NCBI GenBank assembly: GCA_964538455.1
Contig: CAZIDZ010000002.1
Location: 89,444-153,443, forward strand
From: an uncultured bacterium
GTDB taxonomy: Bacteria; Electryoneota; Electryoneia; Electryoneales; Electryoneaceae
Direction of reading: 5' to 3'
DNA: 64,000 bases
The position numbers and the translations under genes were made by a program. A model generated the notes under the pieces. It saw only the letters and a program-made list of their open reading frames with translations, was not told where the DNA came from and ran no database searches. Below, piece by piece: positions 38,093 through 47,758 of the stretch; the stretch's first letter is position 1, and each line of letters starts with the position of its first letter.

Positions 38093-38394
38093 GGTATAGA
38101 TCCCTGTTTATCAAGCAGTTTAGACACGTGCACGAAAGCCATACTCCTTCTCTTCCTCTATCGGTATCTAACTGGATTTTCTGAAGGTAAAACCTTCAAT
38201 CGCACACATTTCCGAGTCATCTCCCGAGCCTTGAACATCGAAAATGTATTGAATCAACACCCTGCCCGTAACGCAGAATGTGCGCTTGCCTATATTCTCT
38301 GCGGTCCCTCCTGAAAGATTCCGACACACCACCGTCAGAAGGACAGCACAGAAGAAGTGTATGTGCTGCATCTACAGTGGATTGTGGGGGTTAT

Positions 38395-39132
38395 ATGAGT
38401 CGGCGATCACACAAGGTAAAAGCCTCATTGATTGCTCTGACAACGACTGCCATCACACTCCTTTTCATCACACCCTGCCATTCCCAATCTGCCAACAGCA
38501 ATTGGGACAAGACGGGAAACCTGTTCCTCAGACTTGAGGGGATGGGAGGACAGGGCCTGGAGTGGCATGTAGTGGGAAAAACCACAGAAGGAGATGATGT
38601 TTCGATCAGTGCGGGCGGAGGAATTGGAATCCAACTCGTCGCCGGATCAAATCTCTTTCGTTTTTTTCGCATCGAGGGCTCATTCGGGTACGAATCAGCT
38701 GGTCTGGATTTACAATTGGAAAATGGAAGCGGGAGTTTCGGCCGGACACACCTCGGGGGTGCAGCGTACCTGCGAATTCCACTGAGTGCAAAGTCTACGT
38801 TGAACCTCGGGGGCGGGGCAGCGGAGAAGGGGTCGCCCGACCTGGACCTGGACTTCTCAAGCTCGAGAATTCCGGGTGCTGCGCACAACATCTACAACTA
38901 TCGCACCGGACACTGCACCCATTGGGACGTTGTCTACGAGTATTATCCGGACCGCATCATGTCGCTCAGTGTCGGTTTGCGCTACCAGATGGTCAAATAC
39001 AAACTTGAGTCGATGACGTCAGACGGCGTACCCTATTCACTCGACATGATCCCGGTCGAGGTGCGAAACGAGCTGGAAGACCTGGATGGGAGCAGCGTGG
39101 ACCTTTTGCTCGGATTCAGCTACTACTTCTAG
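38395..39132 (+). CDS. Outer-membrane beta-barrel protein, paralog 1
   Basis: Signal peptide; ends LGFSYYF; aligns along its length with 41074-41835. Confidence 0.75.
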   Translation: MSRRSHKVKASLIALTTTAITLLFITPCHSQSANSNWDKTGNLFLRLEGMGGQGLEWHVVGKTTEGDDVSISAGGGIGIQLVAGSNLFRFFRIEGSFGYESAGLDLQLENGSGSFGRTHLGGAAYLRIPLSAKSTLNLGGGAAEKGSPDLDLDFSSSRIPGAAHNIYNYRTGHCTHWDVVYEYYPDRIMSLSVGLRYQMVKYKLESMTSDGVPYSLDMIPVEVRNELEDLDGSSVDLLLGFSYYF

Positions 39133-39182
39133 GCGGTCATCCGACCGAGGTCAATGCCCTCCTCGAATGTCCCTTTCACATT

Positions 39183-39296
39183 CTAAATTTGTACTGCGGA
39201 CAACGCGCAGACTTTCCGTCCTGCCGAGACGAGCGTCTCGAGGAACGCCTTGGTTTCCCCCTTTGCGGAGCCATCTCCGTAGTAAATGACTTGTGT
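39183..39296 (-). pseudogene. Orphan 3' fragment homologous to the C-terminus of the beta-CASP gene at 41933-43657
   Basis: Translates TQVIYYGDGSAKGETKAFLETLVSAGRKVCALSAVQI* vs TQIIYFGDGTANGETKAFLETLSKGGRRVWVLAAPRQ*; no homology or nearby start upstream. Confidence 0.8.
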
Positions 39297-39376
39297 TTTA
39301 TTAGCCTCTTCAACTTTCTTCGTTTTCGCGATGTAAGTACATTGTTCATAATTATGATAAGCACCGGAGACGTAAA

Positions 39377-40822
39377 TTGAAAATAGTCCTAGCTACACCA
39401 CCGGCGTATAGTGATAATCCCCGTCAACCACTGCAACTTCCCCTGGGCATGCTTTACCTGGCGGCCGCTCTCGAACAGAAGAACCACGAAGTGGCTGTGA
39501 TCGATGGCATTCTTGGCCCCGTTCTGCGGCTTCCTGAGGGAAAATACCTGCTGGGTCTTAATCCGGAGGAGTTGGCCGATAGGATTCAACAGGAGCGTCC
39601 GGACATAGTTGGCCTGTCCTGTCCGTTCACAACACGGTACAAGCTTTTCCGAGAGACGCTGGCGGTTTTGCGCCGCCGTCTGCCAGATGTCCCCATCCTT
39701 GGTGGAGGGATCCATCCGACACTCCTTCCTGAGCAGGTTCTGAGGCGGAATGGGTTGGACGCTCTCGTGCTTGGTGAAGGGGAGGTGACCCTCGTTGAAC
39801 TGGTACAACGGTATCAGGCGACCGGGAAGATCGATCCCGAGGGATTGGATGGGGTTGCCTGGGAGCACAATGGGAAAATCCGCGTTGTTCCCCGGAAACA
39901 CTATGTGGAAAACCTGGATGAGCTACCCCCTCCCGCACTTCATCTTGTCCCCGTGGAGGAGTACATGGAGCGCTCGCGCAGGCGTTATGTCTCGCGCACA
40001 ATGCGGGCTTTCTCCGTGATTACCAGCCGCTCTTGTCCGGGCCGATGCTCCTTCTGCTGCATTCACAGCACCATGGGACCGCGATGGCGGGCCCATTCCG
40101 TTGAGCGGGTGATCGTCGAGATCAGCCGGATTATGGAGCGCTGGAAACCGGATATCATCGCCTTCGAGGATGACCGGCTCACGTTCGACCGCGACCGAAT
40201 GGTTGCTCTCTGCAAGGGCATGATCGACAAACTGCCCGGGATTCGCTGGTATACGCCAAATGGGATCCATATCGCCGATCTCGACGAGGAACTTCTGGCA
40301 TTGATGAAAGAATCGGGATGCTACTCTCTGAACCTGGCTGTTGAGTCGGGCGATCCCTACATCCTAAACCGGGTGATTGGCAAGAAGGGAAATGCTGATC
40401 GAACGCGACGGGTGGCCCGGACATGTCAACGGCTGGGGATCGGGACGAACGCCTATTTTATACTTGGCATGCCCGGTGAAACGGAACAATCGATCCGCCG
40501 GTCCTTGGATTTTGCGCTCGAACTGAAGCTGGATCAGGTGGGGGTGCTCATCGCGACCCCGTTTCCGGGAACAAGAATGTTTCGTGAATGTGCACAGAAA
40601 GGCTATCTCGATCCGGAGCGCTTCAGCGAGCAGTTCCTCGAATCGGGAGACCCGGACCTGCTTCACCAGCCGCTGTTTGAAACACCGACGATGACAAAAG
40701 ACCGGTTGCTCTGGTGGCAACGGGAATTCAACAGGCGTTTCTTCTCCGACCTGCACCGACGTAAGCCCGTGGAGCGCTTCAAAGACTACGCACGGGCGAT
40801 TCGGCGACAAATCGTTGGTTAG
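39377..40822 (+). CDS. Cobalamin-binding radical SAM protein
   Basis: N-terminal B12-binding domain (PLGMLYLAAAL, GGIHPT, GEGE); CPGRCSFC [4Fe-4S] motif; ESG, GMPGET, PFPGT. Confidence 0.9.
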   Translation: MKIVLATPPAYSDNPRQPLQLPLGMLYLAAALEQKNHEVAVIDGILGPVLRLPEGKYLLGLNPEELADRIQQERPDIVGLSCPFTTRYKLFRETLAVLRRRLPDVPILGGGIHPTLLPEQVLRRNGLDALVLGEGEVTLVELVQRYQATGKIDPEGLDGVAWEHNGKIRVVPRKHYVENLDELPPPALHLVPVEEYMERSRRRYVSRTMRAFSVITSRSCPGRCSFCCIHSTMGPRWRAHSVERVIVEISRIMERWKPDIIAFEDDRLTFDRDRMVALCKGMIDKLPGIRWYTPNGIHIADLDEELLALMKESGCYSLNLAVESGDPYILNRVIGKKGNADRTRRVARTCQRLGIGTNAYFILGMPGETEQSIRRSLDFALELKLDQVGVLIATPFPGTRMFRECAQKGYLDPERFSEQFLESGDPDLLHQPLFETPTMTKDRLLWWQREFNRRFFSDLHRRKPVERFKDYARAIRRQIVG

Positions 40823-41073
40823 TTCGGGCACTGACCGAATCCTTACTTGACAATCTCGCTTTGAAGTCAGATTTTTACAAGACGTCCGGGAATCAATGAT
40901 CTCCATACGTCATTCATTTGACTGCTCGCCGAAAACGCTTCCACTCAACTGCAGACAGCTTAAATCCCTTTGATGACGGCCACACGGCGTGCCCGGCGAT
41001 CCCGGTCAGGGCGGGAGAGATCCCGGCTTGTCATGCATCCATCGATATCGTCTTTGAAGCTGGAGGGGGAAAT

Positions 41074-41835
41074 ATGATTTTTCAGCGCAGCCGCAAAGCG
41101 ATCCTTACGGCAGGTTCCATTTTCGTTCTTCTGCCCGCGCTTGTCTTGGGACAGACCGTCTACTCAACCGCGGGTCAGCCGTCAGCGTCCCCTGGCACAG
41201 AAGGCAACACCTTTTTATCGTTTCTCCTGGAAATGGGGGGCGGCCTCGAGAAGCACGAGGTGGCGATTACCACGGACAACGAGACTGTCGAGATCAGCGC
41301 TGGAGGAGGCATCGGAATGGGGGTGCAAGCCGGTTATCTCCTCACCCATGCGCTCGAAGTCGAGGCTGAAGCGGCCTACATGATTTCGGTGCTCTCACAT
41401 GAACTTGAAAACGGTGAGGGCGGCTTCAATCGAGGCGTTTTCGCCGGGAATCTCCTTTATCGTGTTCCAATCAAAGAGAATATCAGAGTTCTGATCGGAG
41501 GCGGTGCGGGGTACTATGTCGGCGGCGAGATGGACTTGGATTTCAGCAGCGCAAGCGACATCGGCGGTGCGCATAACATCTACAAGTACGACAATGCCCT
41601 TGGATTTCAGGCACGTTGCGTTCTCGAAGTGTTCGGCTTGGGCGAGTTGTTTTCCAAGAATATGGTCGTAGGTGTGGGAATCCAGTATTCCTCCGTGCGC
41701 TACGATTTGCAGTCGATGAGTTCCAACGGTGTCGACATTCCGCTTGACCAGCTCCCAAAAGACATCCGTGCCGAATTCGGTGAGCTGGACGGGAGTGGGA
41801 TAGATGTGGTGATGCACATCGCCCTCTATCTCTAG
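41074..41835 (+). CDS. Outer-membrane beta-barrel protein, paralog 2
   Basis: Signal peptide; ISAGGGIG, DLDFSS, AHNIY and LDGS motifs shared with paralog 1. Confidence 0.75.
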   Translation: MIFQRSRKAILTAGSIFVLLPALVLGQTVYSTAGQPSASPGTEGNTFLSFLLEMGGGLEKHEVAITTDNETVEISAGGGIGMGVQAGYLLTHALEVEAEAAYMISVLSHELENGEGGFNRGVFAGNLLYRVPIKENIRVLIGGGAGYYVGGEMDLDFSSASDIGGAHNIYKYDNALGFQARCVLEVFGLGELFSKNMVVGVGIQYSSVRYDLQSMSSNGVDIPLDQLPKDIRAEFGELDGSGIDVVMHIALYL

Positions 41836-41932
41836 CGGCCGGGTATTTGCGTGGAACGGCTGGGGGTGAAAGAGGAAACGGACGGGGATTTCTTTCGCCC
41901 GCCCGTTCATTCTCTTCCGTTGCCAAGGCCGT

Positions 41933-43657
41933 TCATTGCCTCGGAGCGGCCAACACCCACACCCTTCGCCCACCTTTGGATAGCGTCTCGAGGAATGCCT
42001 TGGTTTCACCGTTCGCCGTGCCATCTCCGAAGTAAATGATTTGCGTCGAGGAGGTTTCGGCGAGGATTCTCATCGCGAGTTCCGCGCCCGGCGGCTCATC
42101 GTAGACTTTTTCGGCTCCGAGGGCGATCGGCAGCAGTGACGCCCCAGGTCCAGCAAGCACGGCCAGGGACGGCGCGGCGACCTTCTGCTCCGGAGTTACG
42201 CGCTCGACATCACGCACGCCGCGTTCCGGCCGCACGTGTCTTGTGATCCGCTTGGCCACCGGAAGCAGTTCCACCGATTCCCCGAGATCCGGGATGGTCA
42301 CGTCCCAGTTCAGCTCCTTTTCTATCCTCGTCTTCCATGCGGCCAACCCTTCCGGTTCGCCGTGCACGAGGAAAGTACGAGTGGGTGGAACCATGCGCCG
42401 CATCCAGGGCAGCATCTCGGTGTAGTCCGCGTGCGCCGAGAGCGATGACATGTTGACAATTTCCGCCTTTACATTCACCATCTGACCGTGAATCTTGATC
42501 TCCTTTTCGCCTTCTAGCAGGCGCCGTCCGCGGGTCCCCTCGCCCTGGTACCCGACCAGCAACACCGTGTTTTTCGCATCGGGAAGCCGCCGGGAGAGAT
42601 GGTGCAGCACACGGCCCGCCGAAGCCATGCCGGAGGCGGAAACAATGATGCAGGGCTTCTTGCGGTCGTTCAGGGTTTGCGACTCCTCGCGGGTCTGCAA
42701 CATGTGGATTTCCGGCCGGCGGAAGATTTTTCCTTCGTTTACACCGAGCAGCGTCTGTAAGTCCAGTTCCTCCTTGTGGCGCCAGGACATCTCGGTCACT
42801 TTGACCGCCATCGGGCTGTCGAGGAAAATGTCCACCGGCTGAATGCGCCTCTCGTCCAGCAGTTGAGAGAAAAAGTAGAGGAGCTGCTGGCTGCGGCCGA
42901 CGGCGAACGCGGGAATCACCACCGACCCCCCTCGCTCCACGGTGCGGTTGACCACGTCAGCGATTTCGGTGAGTGGATCGGCGGTGTCGTGGACGCGGTC
43001 GCCGTAGGTCCCCTCGAGAATGAAATAGTCCGCTCCAGTGGGCGGTTCGGGGTCCCGGAGAATCGGCTGGTTGAAACGGCCGACATCACCCGAGAAAACC
43101 ACACGGATCGGGTGGTCGCCCTCCTCGACTGTGACTTCGATAAAGGAGCTGCCGAGGATGTGCCCCGCGTGATGGAATCGCGCAGTGCACCCTTCAAGCA
43201 GTCCGTAACTGCGGAAATACTCCAAAGGCTTGAACAGGGGGAGTACTTTTTCCGCGTCGTCCTCGTTGTACAGGGGCTCCGGATTCTCGTGGCGCGAAAA
43301 GCCGAATTTCTTCGCCAACCGGGCGTCTTCCATCTGGATGTGAGCGCTGTCCCGGAGGATCAGTTCGGCGATGTCGAGAGTTGCGGAGGTGCCGTAAATG
43401 GGCCCGTCGAACCCCTCGCGCACCAGCTTTGGGAGGTACCCCACGTGGTCGAGGTGCCCATGCGTGAGCAGAATCGCGTCGATGATGTCCGGAGAGATCG
43501 GGAAAGGGTCCCAGTTCTTACGCCGGAGTTCCCTGAGTCCCTGAAACATCCCGCAGTCAATCATCAAGCGGTGCTCGCGTTTTTCGCCCTGCCAGGATAG
43601 CAGGTGTTTTGAGCCTGTAGTGGTTTGCGCTGCGCCGAGGAAGGTGATCAGGGCCAT
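41933..43657 (-). CDS. MBL-fold metallo-hydrolase, beta-CASP RNA-processing family, with C-terminal extension
   Basis: GAAQTTTGS, THGHLDHVG, AGHILGS, SGD, EGTYG, FAVGRSQ, SAHAD, VHGE. Confidence 0.9.
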   Translation of the reverse strand: MALITFLGAAQTTTGSKHLLSWQGEKREHRLMIDCGMFQGLRELRRKNWDPFPISPDIIDAILLTHGHLDHVGYLPKLVREGFDGPIYGTSATLDIAELILRDSAHIQMEDARLAKKFGFSRHENPEPLYNEDDAEKVLPLFKPLEYFRSYGLLEGCTARFHHAGHILGSSFIEVTVEEGDHPIRVVFSGDVGRFNQPILRDPEPPTGADYFILEGTYGDRVHDTADPLTEIADVVNRTVERGGSVVIPAFAVGRSQQLLYFFSQLLDERRIQPVDIFLDSPMAVKVTEMSWRHKEELDLQTLLGVNEGKIFRRPEIHMLQTREESQTLNDRKKPCIIVSASGMASAGRVLHHLSRRLPDAKNTVLLVGYQGEGTRGRRLLEGEKEIKIHGQMVNVKAEIVNMSSLSAHADYTEMLPWMRRMVPPTRTFLVHGEPEGLAAWKTRIEKELNWDVTIPDLGESVELLPVAKRITRHVRPERGVRDVERVTPEQKVAAPSLAVLAGPGASLLPIALGAEKVYDEPPGAELAMRILAETSSTQIIYFGDGTANGETKAFLETLSKGGRRVWVLAAPRQ

Positions 43658-43723
43658 GCTGCCTCCGCAAAGGTGGTATGCACCGCAAATTAGATCGAGC
43701 GACAGTTAGGGACCAAGCGCAGA

Positions 43724-43817
43724 GAGAGTTTCGTGACAGTTACTTAATTCGTGATCAGACTCGAGCGTTTTTCTTGATTTCCGTCTATCAGAATCAGGTA
43801 ACTGTCACGAAACTCTC
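43724..43817. repeat. REP/MITE-like element with perfect 20-bp terminal inverted repeats
   Basis: GAGAGTTTCGTGACAGTTAC (43724-43743) / GTAACTGTCACGAAACTCTC (43798-43817). Confidence 0.85.
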
Positions 43818-43834
43818 CTCAGTATCTTGTCTCC

Positions 43835-44626
43835 ATGCGGATTATCGGTCGAAAACCCGTGCTGGAGCTGCTAAAGTCCGGCAAACCTGTGCAGCGCGTG
43901 AGGATCGCGCTGGGAACCCAGGGGCGGATCATCGGTGAGATCATCGCCGAGGCGAAGAAGCGCGGCGCGCGCGTGGACAGAGTCTCCCCCGATGTCGCCA
44001 AGCGAACCTTCGGTCATGACAATCACCAGGGGGTTGTCGCAGACACGGCGCCCACCGAACTGCTGGGACTTGGGGACCTGGGGTCGAAACGGGCTCCTGT
44101 GCGAAACGGCCTTGTCGTCGCGCTGGACGGTGTTACCGATCCCCACCATCTCGGCGCAATTGCTCGCAGCGGTTTGGCGGCAGGGTGTGACGCGCTTCTG
44201 ATTACCGCGCGGAGGTCGGCACCAATGACCGATACGGCTCTTAAAGCGTCAGCGGGAACGTTGACCCGGTTGCCGGTGATCCAGGTGTCGAGCCTCGGCG
44301 ACGCGCTGAATGAGCTGAAGAAAAGCGGTTGGTGGATTCACGGCGCGGCCGGAAGTCCCGGGTCAGAGAAAGTGGATGGATCTCGTGCTGCAAGATCAGA
44401 GCAACGCGATAAATCTCAAGAGGATAGGAAACCCAAACGGCTCTGGGATCACGCCTGGGATCCGCGGACGGTGCTGGTGATTGGCAGTGAAGGGGAAGGG
44501 CTTTCGCACCGCGTGAAAAAGCTCTGCGACCATCTCGTTGCAATTCCCATGGCGGCGAACGTGGAGAGCCTCTCAGCCAGCGTCGCGGCCTCCGTGATCC
44601 TCTTCGACATCGCCCGCAAGCGGTAA
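43835..44626 (+). CDS. rlmB: 23S rRNA (guanosine-2'-O)-methyltransferase, TrmH/SpoU family
   Basis: HQGVVA, LDGVTDPHHLGAIARS, KASAG, VIGSEGEGL, IPM...VESLSASVA. Confidence 0.9.
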   Translation: MRIIGRKPVLELLKSGKPVQRVRIALGTQGRIIGEIIAEAKKRGARVDRVSPDVAKRTFGHDNHQGVVADTAPTELLGLGDLGSKRAPVRNGLVVALDGVTDPHHLGAIARSGLAAGCDALLITARRSAPMTDTALKASAGTLTRLPVIQVSSLGDALNELKKSGWWIHGAAGSPGSEKVDGSRAARSEQRDKSQEDRKPKRLWDHAWDPRTVLVIGSEGEGLSHRVKKLCDHLVAIPMAANVESLSASVAASVILFDIARKR

Positions 44627-44773
44627 AAGAAAGGCGCACAGGCGGGGCCGGCGGGGAATTTGGGGTGAAAACGGGACACGAGTTCGTGTCTTGTGAGCTA
44701 CTCAAAGTAACTTATTGAAATATAAAACAATAATTAGATGCAAGAGACATTCAGACACCCTGAAATCTCGCCG

Positions 44774-44802
44774 TTGACAATGGTTCGGAGGGCCGTTACC
44801 TT
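44774..44802 (+). promoter_or_regulatory. sigma70-type promoter heading the M23-bactofilin-atp region
   Basis: TTGACA-17 bp-TACCTT. Confidence 0.65.
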
Positions 44803-44825
44803 ATCCGCCCGGCCCGTACGCTGGA

Positions 44826-45701
44826 GTGCACGTGAGGCATCGCCACCACATCATCTGGTACCGTCCCCAGGATGACCGTCCGAAGGAGCTTTTTATCAGC
44901 CCCGCGGTGTTGCGTATCCTGATCGGTTTGGGACTTTTCGTGCTTACACTGTTAGTGCTCGAGACCATATTTTATTCCAATCTTGTCGAGCGGGCATTCG
45001 AGCGCGATCGGCTTCTAGCGGAGAACCAGCAGTTGCGAGGCGATGTTGCCCGGGTGCAAGTTATTGAAAATCAGCTTCACGAACTCCAGAGGTTCAGCCA
45101 GCAGGTGAAGCGCAGCCTGACCGAAGGGGCGGATTTGGAGCGGATTCTGCGCGCCGGCGAAGAGGTGGAAGAGGAAATTCCGGCGCAGACATCGGATGCG
45201 CCCTGGGTGTCGGTGGACAAGCTCCAAGCTGATGAGGTAAATCGCACGCTTGAGATGGTTCCGGCGTCCGGCACAGTCAGCCGCCTGTCGCTTCCAAGCC
45301 GCTGGCCGGTACAGGGATTTATCACCCGCGGGTTTGAGGGAACATCGGTGGACCCCTCACTTTCCCATTCCGGGATTGACCTGGCGGTGCCGCGAGGAAC
45401 TCCGGTGCGCGCGGTGGGGTCGGGCATCGTCCTGGCCGCCGATTGGACTCCGCGCTATGGCTATCGGGTGATTATCGATCATGGCAGCGCCGTACTTTCC
45501 ATGTACGGGCACAACGAATTGCTGTTGGTGCAGCCGGGCGACCGGGTTCGCGCGGGATCGCCTATCGCGCTCTCGGGGAATTCGGGCATCAGCACCGCCC
45601 CTCACTTACATTTCGAATTGTGGATCAGTGGGCGGGCGGTGAATCCTATTGCCTTGCTGCCCAAAAGGGGAGACGACCATGTCGGCAAACAAACGGGTTG
45701 A
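44826..45701 (+). CDS. M23 family metallopeptidase with N-terminal TM and coiled coil
   Basis: HSGID, YGH, GNSGISTAPHLHFE. Confidence 0.9.
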   Translation: MHVRHRHHIIWYRPQDDRPKELFISPAVLRILIGLGLFVLTLLVLETIFYSNLVERAFERDRLLAENQQLRGDVARVQVIENQLHELQRFSQQVKRSLTEGADLERILRAGEEVEEEIPAQTSDAPWVSVDKLQADEVNRTLEMVPASGTVSRLSLPSRWPVQGFITRGFEGTSVDPSLSHSGIDLAVPRGTPVRAVGSGIVLAADWTPRYGYRVIIDHGSAVLSMYGHNELLLVQPGDRVRAGSPIALSGNSGISTAPHLHFELWISGRAVNPIALLPKRGDDHVGKQTG

Positions 45702-46140
45702 TCGTAAGGGCTCGGACGCTCTTTCATCGATTATCGGGGCGGATGCGCTGCTCGAGGGGACGTTTACCCTCGACGGTTCGCTCCGGATTGACGGTACGTT
45801 CAACGGCATCCTGATCTGCGGAGGCACGGTGACGGTTGGCAAGCACGGGAGTGTCGTGGGCGATATCGAGGCGGACGAGGTGATCCTCGGCGGCCGGGTG
45901 TCGGGCACGGTCGTCGCGCGGCACCGTGTCGTGCTCGAGGGTTCGAGCGTCCTCGAGGGGGACCTCGCCACCGGTAGCCTTTTGGTCAGCGAAGGTGCCG
46001 TGTTCAATGGCAACAGCCGCATGGGCGAAGAAGCGGTGGAGCGGCTGCGCCGCCAGCGCCGTGAGGCACGAGGCACGCCGATAGTCGAGTCCCATAGCAC
46101 TTCGGATGCCGACGAGAAGAAGCGTTCCGCAAGCGGCTAA
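45679..46140 (+). CDS. Bactofilin (polymer-forming cytoskeletal protein)
   Basis: SIIG...EG...LRIDG...G.V.GDI.A...I.G.V.G.....EGAVFNG beta-helix pattern. Confidence 0.9.
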   Translation: MSANKRVDRKGSDALSSIIGADALLEGTFTLDGSLRIDGTFNGILICGGTVTVGKHGSVVGDIEADEVILGGRVSGTVVARHRVVLEGSSVLEGDLATGSLLVSEGAVFNGNSRMGEEAVERLRRQRREARGTPIVESHSTSDADEKKRSASG

Positions 46141-46155
46141 GAGCAGGGGGCGCCC

Positions 46156-46434
46156 ATGTTTCGGCGGGGTGATGGCGGTGAGGGTCACGAATACGCCGGA
46201 TGGGTGGACCTCGCGCTGCAAACCTCGCTGACCCTTGCGATATCGGTGCTGCTTTTAGGTTGGGCCGGCTATGCGATCGACAGCTGGCTCGGCACAAAAC
46301 CTTGGTGTACAGTGATCGGGGCACTCTGGGGAGCAGGAGGGGGCACCGTCTGGGTGGTTCTCCGCGTTAAACAGTTCGCCGATCGAAAAGAACGGGAAGA
46401 ACATCCTCAGGGCCACAACGGAAAACAGCCGTGA
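46156..46434 (+). CDS. AtpZ/AtpI-family ATP synthase accessory protein
   Basis: GYAIDSWLGTKPW motif; two TM segments; heads the atp genes. Confidence 0.85.
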   Translation: MFRRGDGGEGHEYAGWVDLALQTSLTLAISVLLLGWAGYAIDSWLGTKPWCTVIGALWGAGGGTVWVVLRVKQFADRKEREEHPQGHNGKQP

Positions 46435-46724
46435 CCCTTTTGCAAGCCATGATCATCCTTCTCGCCGCTGGAACCTTATACGGGGCCGGGGCGGCGGTGC
46501 TCGTGCCTCCCCTGCGGAAAGCCGAGGTGGGCGGACTTCAAACCCGGATCTTGATTGCTTTTTCGCTGAAGCTGGTGCTCGGCGTCGCCTGGCTGCTGTT
46601 TGTCTGGAAAGGGCTCGGGTGGAACTCCACCCTTGCGGCATTCGGCATGGTCGGGGCTTATCTTTTGGCCCTGATCGCCGTTACGCTGACGGTGGCGAAC
46701 CTGATGGAGAGGAGAACGGGTTGA
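46431..46724 (+). CDS. AtpI-like membrane protein
   Basis: Three TM segments; overlaps both neighbours; lies directly before atpB. Confidence 0.65.
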   Translation: MTLLQAMIILLAAGTLYGAGAAVLVPPLRKAEVGGLQTRILIAFSLKLVLGVAWLLFVWKGLGWNSTLAAFGMVGAYLLALIAVTLTVANLMERRTG

Positions 46725-47758
46725 TGCGCAGCCTCGTGATCCCGGCGCTGCTGATCTTGCTGGTGGTTGCTTCCCCCTCCGCCGCTTTCAACGATGGCCA
46801 GAACGCATCCAGCCGGACGGCAACGGCGCAGCTGGACTCCACATCGGCTGCGGAGATGAGTCATGAAGCCGCCCCCTCCGGCGATACCGAATCACCTGCG
46901 CAGCTAGGAGAGGGACACGAAGCTCCCGGAACTTCGACTGAAGAGGCGCAGGCGGAGGAGAACGGCAGCGTCCTCGAACACCTGGCTCACCACCTGCTGG
47001 ATTCGGACAGATACGATCTTTTTGGCTACTCGATCCAGTTGCCAAAAGTGAAGGGTGATTTTTCCTTTCTCGGCCCCGAGTACACCGCAGGCTTCCAAAT
47101 CACCAAGCACATGATCGGACTGCTGATCGCCAGCCTGCTGGTGATCGTGCTGGTCATCCCGGCGATGGGGCGCACGCGGCACGGCGAGGTGCCCAAGGGA
47201 TTCGGCAATTTCCTCGAAGTGCTCGTGGTGTTTGTCCGCGATGAAGTCGTTTACTCGAACATGGGCAAGGAACATGGGCGGAAATGGCTCCCGTTCTTCC
47301 TCACCCTGTTTTTCCTCATCCTGTTCAGCAATCTGCTCGGATTGATCCCCTGGGGCACGACCCCCACGGGAAACGTCAACGTCACCGCCGGACTGGCGAT
47401 CGCCTCGTTGTTTGGAGTCTTCTTCGCCGGAGTCAGGCAGCATGGGATCAAGTATATCGCGACCTTCATCCCCCACGGCGTCCCGTGGTATGTCATCTGG
47501 CTGCTTTTTCCGATCGAAGTGTTCGGGCTGCTCGTCAAACATTTCGCGCTGACTATCCGTCTTTTTGCGAACATGCTCGCGGGGCACACGGTGATCGGGG
47601 TGTTCCTGGCGTTGATCCTGACGCCGTTCGTCGCGTTCGCCAGCGTGCCCGGCGCCGTGGCGATCAGCATGCTGGAACTGTTCGTCGCGTTCCTGCAGAG
47701 TTACATCTTCATCATGCTCGGCAGCCTGTTTGTCGGGATGGCGATTCACCCGCACTGA
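46724..47758 (+). CDS. atpB: F0 ATP synthase subunit a
   Basis: NLLGLIP, TGNVNVT, ALTIRLFANMLAGH, ELFVAFLQSYIF. Confidence 0.95.
   Translation: MRSLVIPALLILLVVASPSAAFNDGQNASSRTATAQLDSTSAAEMSHEAAPSGDTESPAQLGEGHEAPGTSTEEAQAEENGSVLEHLAHHLLDSDRYDLFGYSIQLPKVKGDFSFLGPEYTAGFQITKHMIGLLIASLLVIVLVIPAMGRTRHGEVPKGFGNFLEVLVVFVRDEVVYSNMGKEHGRKWLPFFLTLFFLILFSNLLGLIPWGTTPTGNVNVTAGLAIASLFGVFFAGVRQHGIKYIATFIPHGVPWYVIWLLFPIEVFGLLVKHFALTIRLFANMLAGHTVIGVFLALILTPFVAFASVPGAVAISMLELFVAFLQSYIFIMLGSLFVGMAIHPH

Noticed and set aside
44700-44745. AT-rich tract TAACTTATTGAAAT resembling an IHF or integrase arm site
   Set aside because: Imperfect match with no integrase or att duplication nearby; may simply be an upstream element of the 44774 promoter
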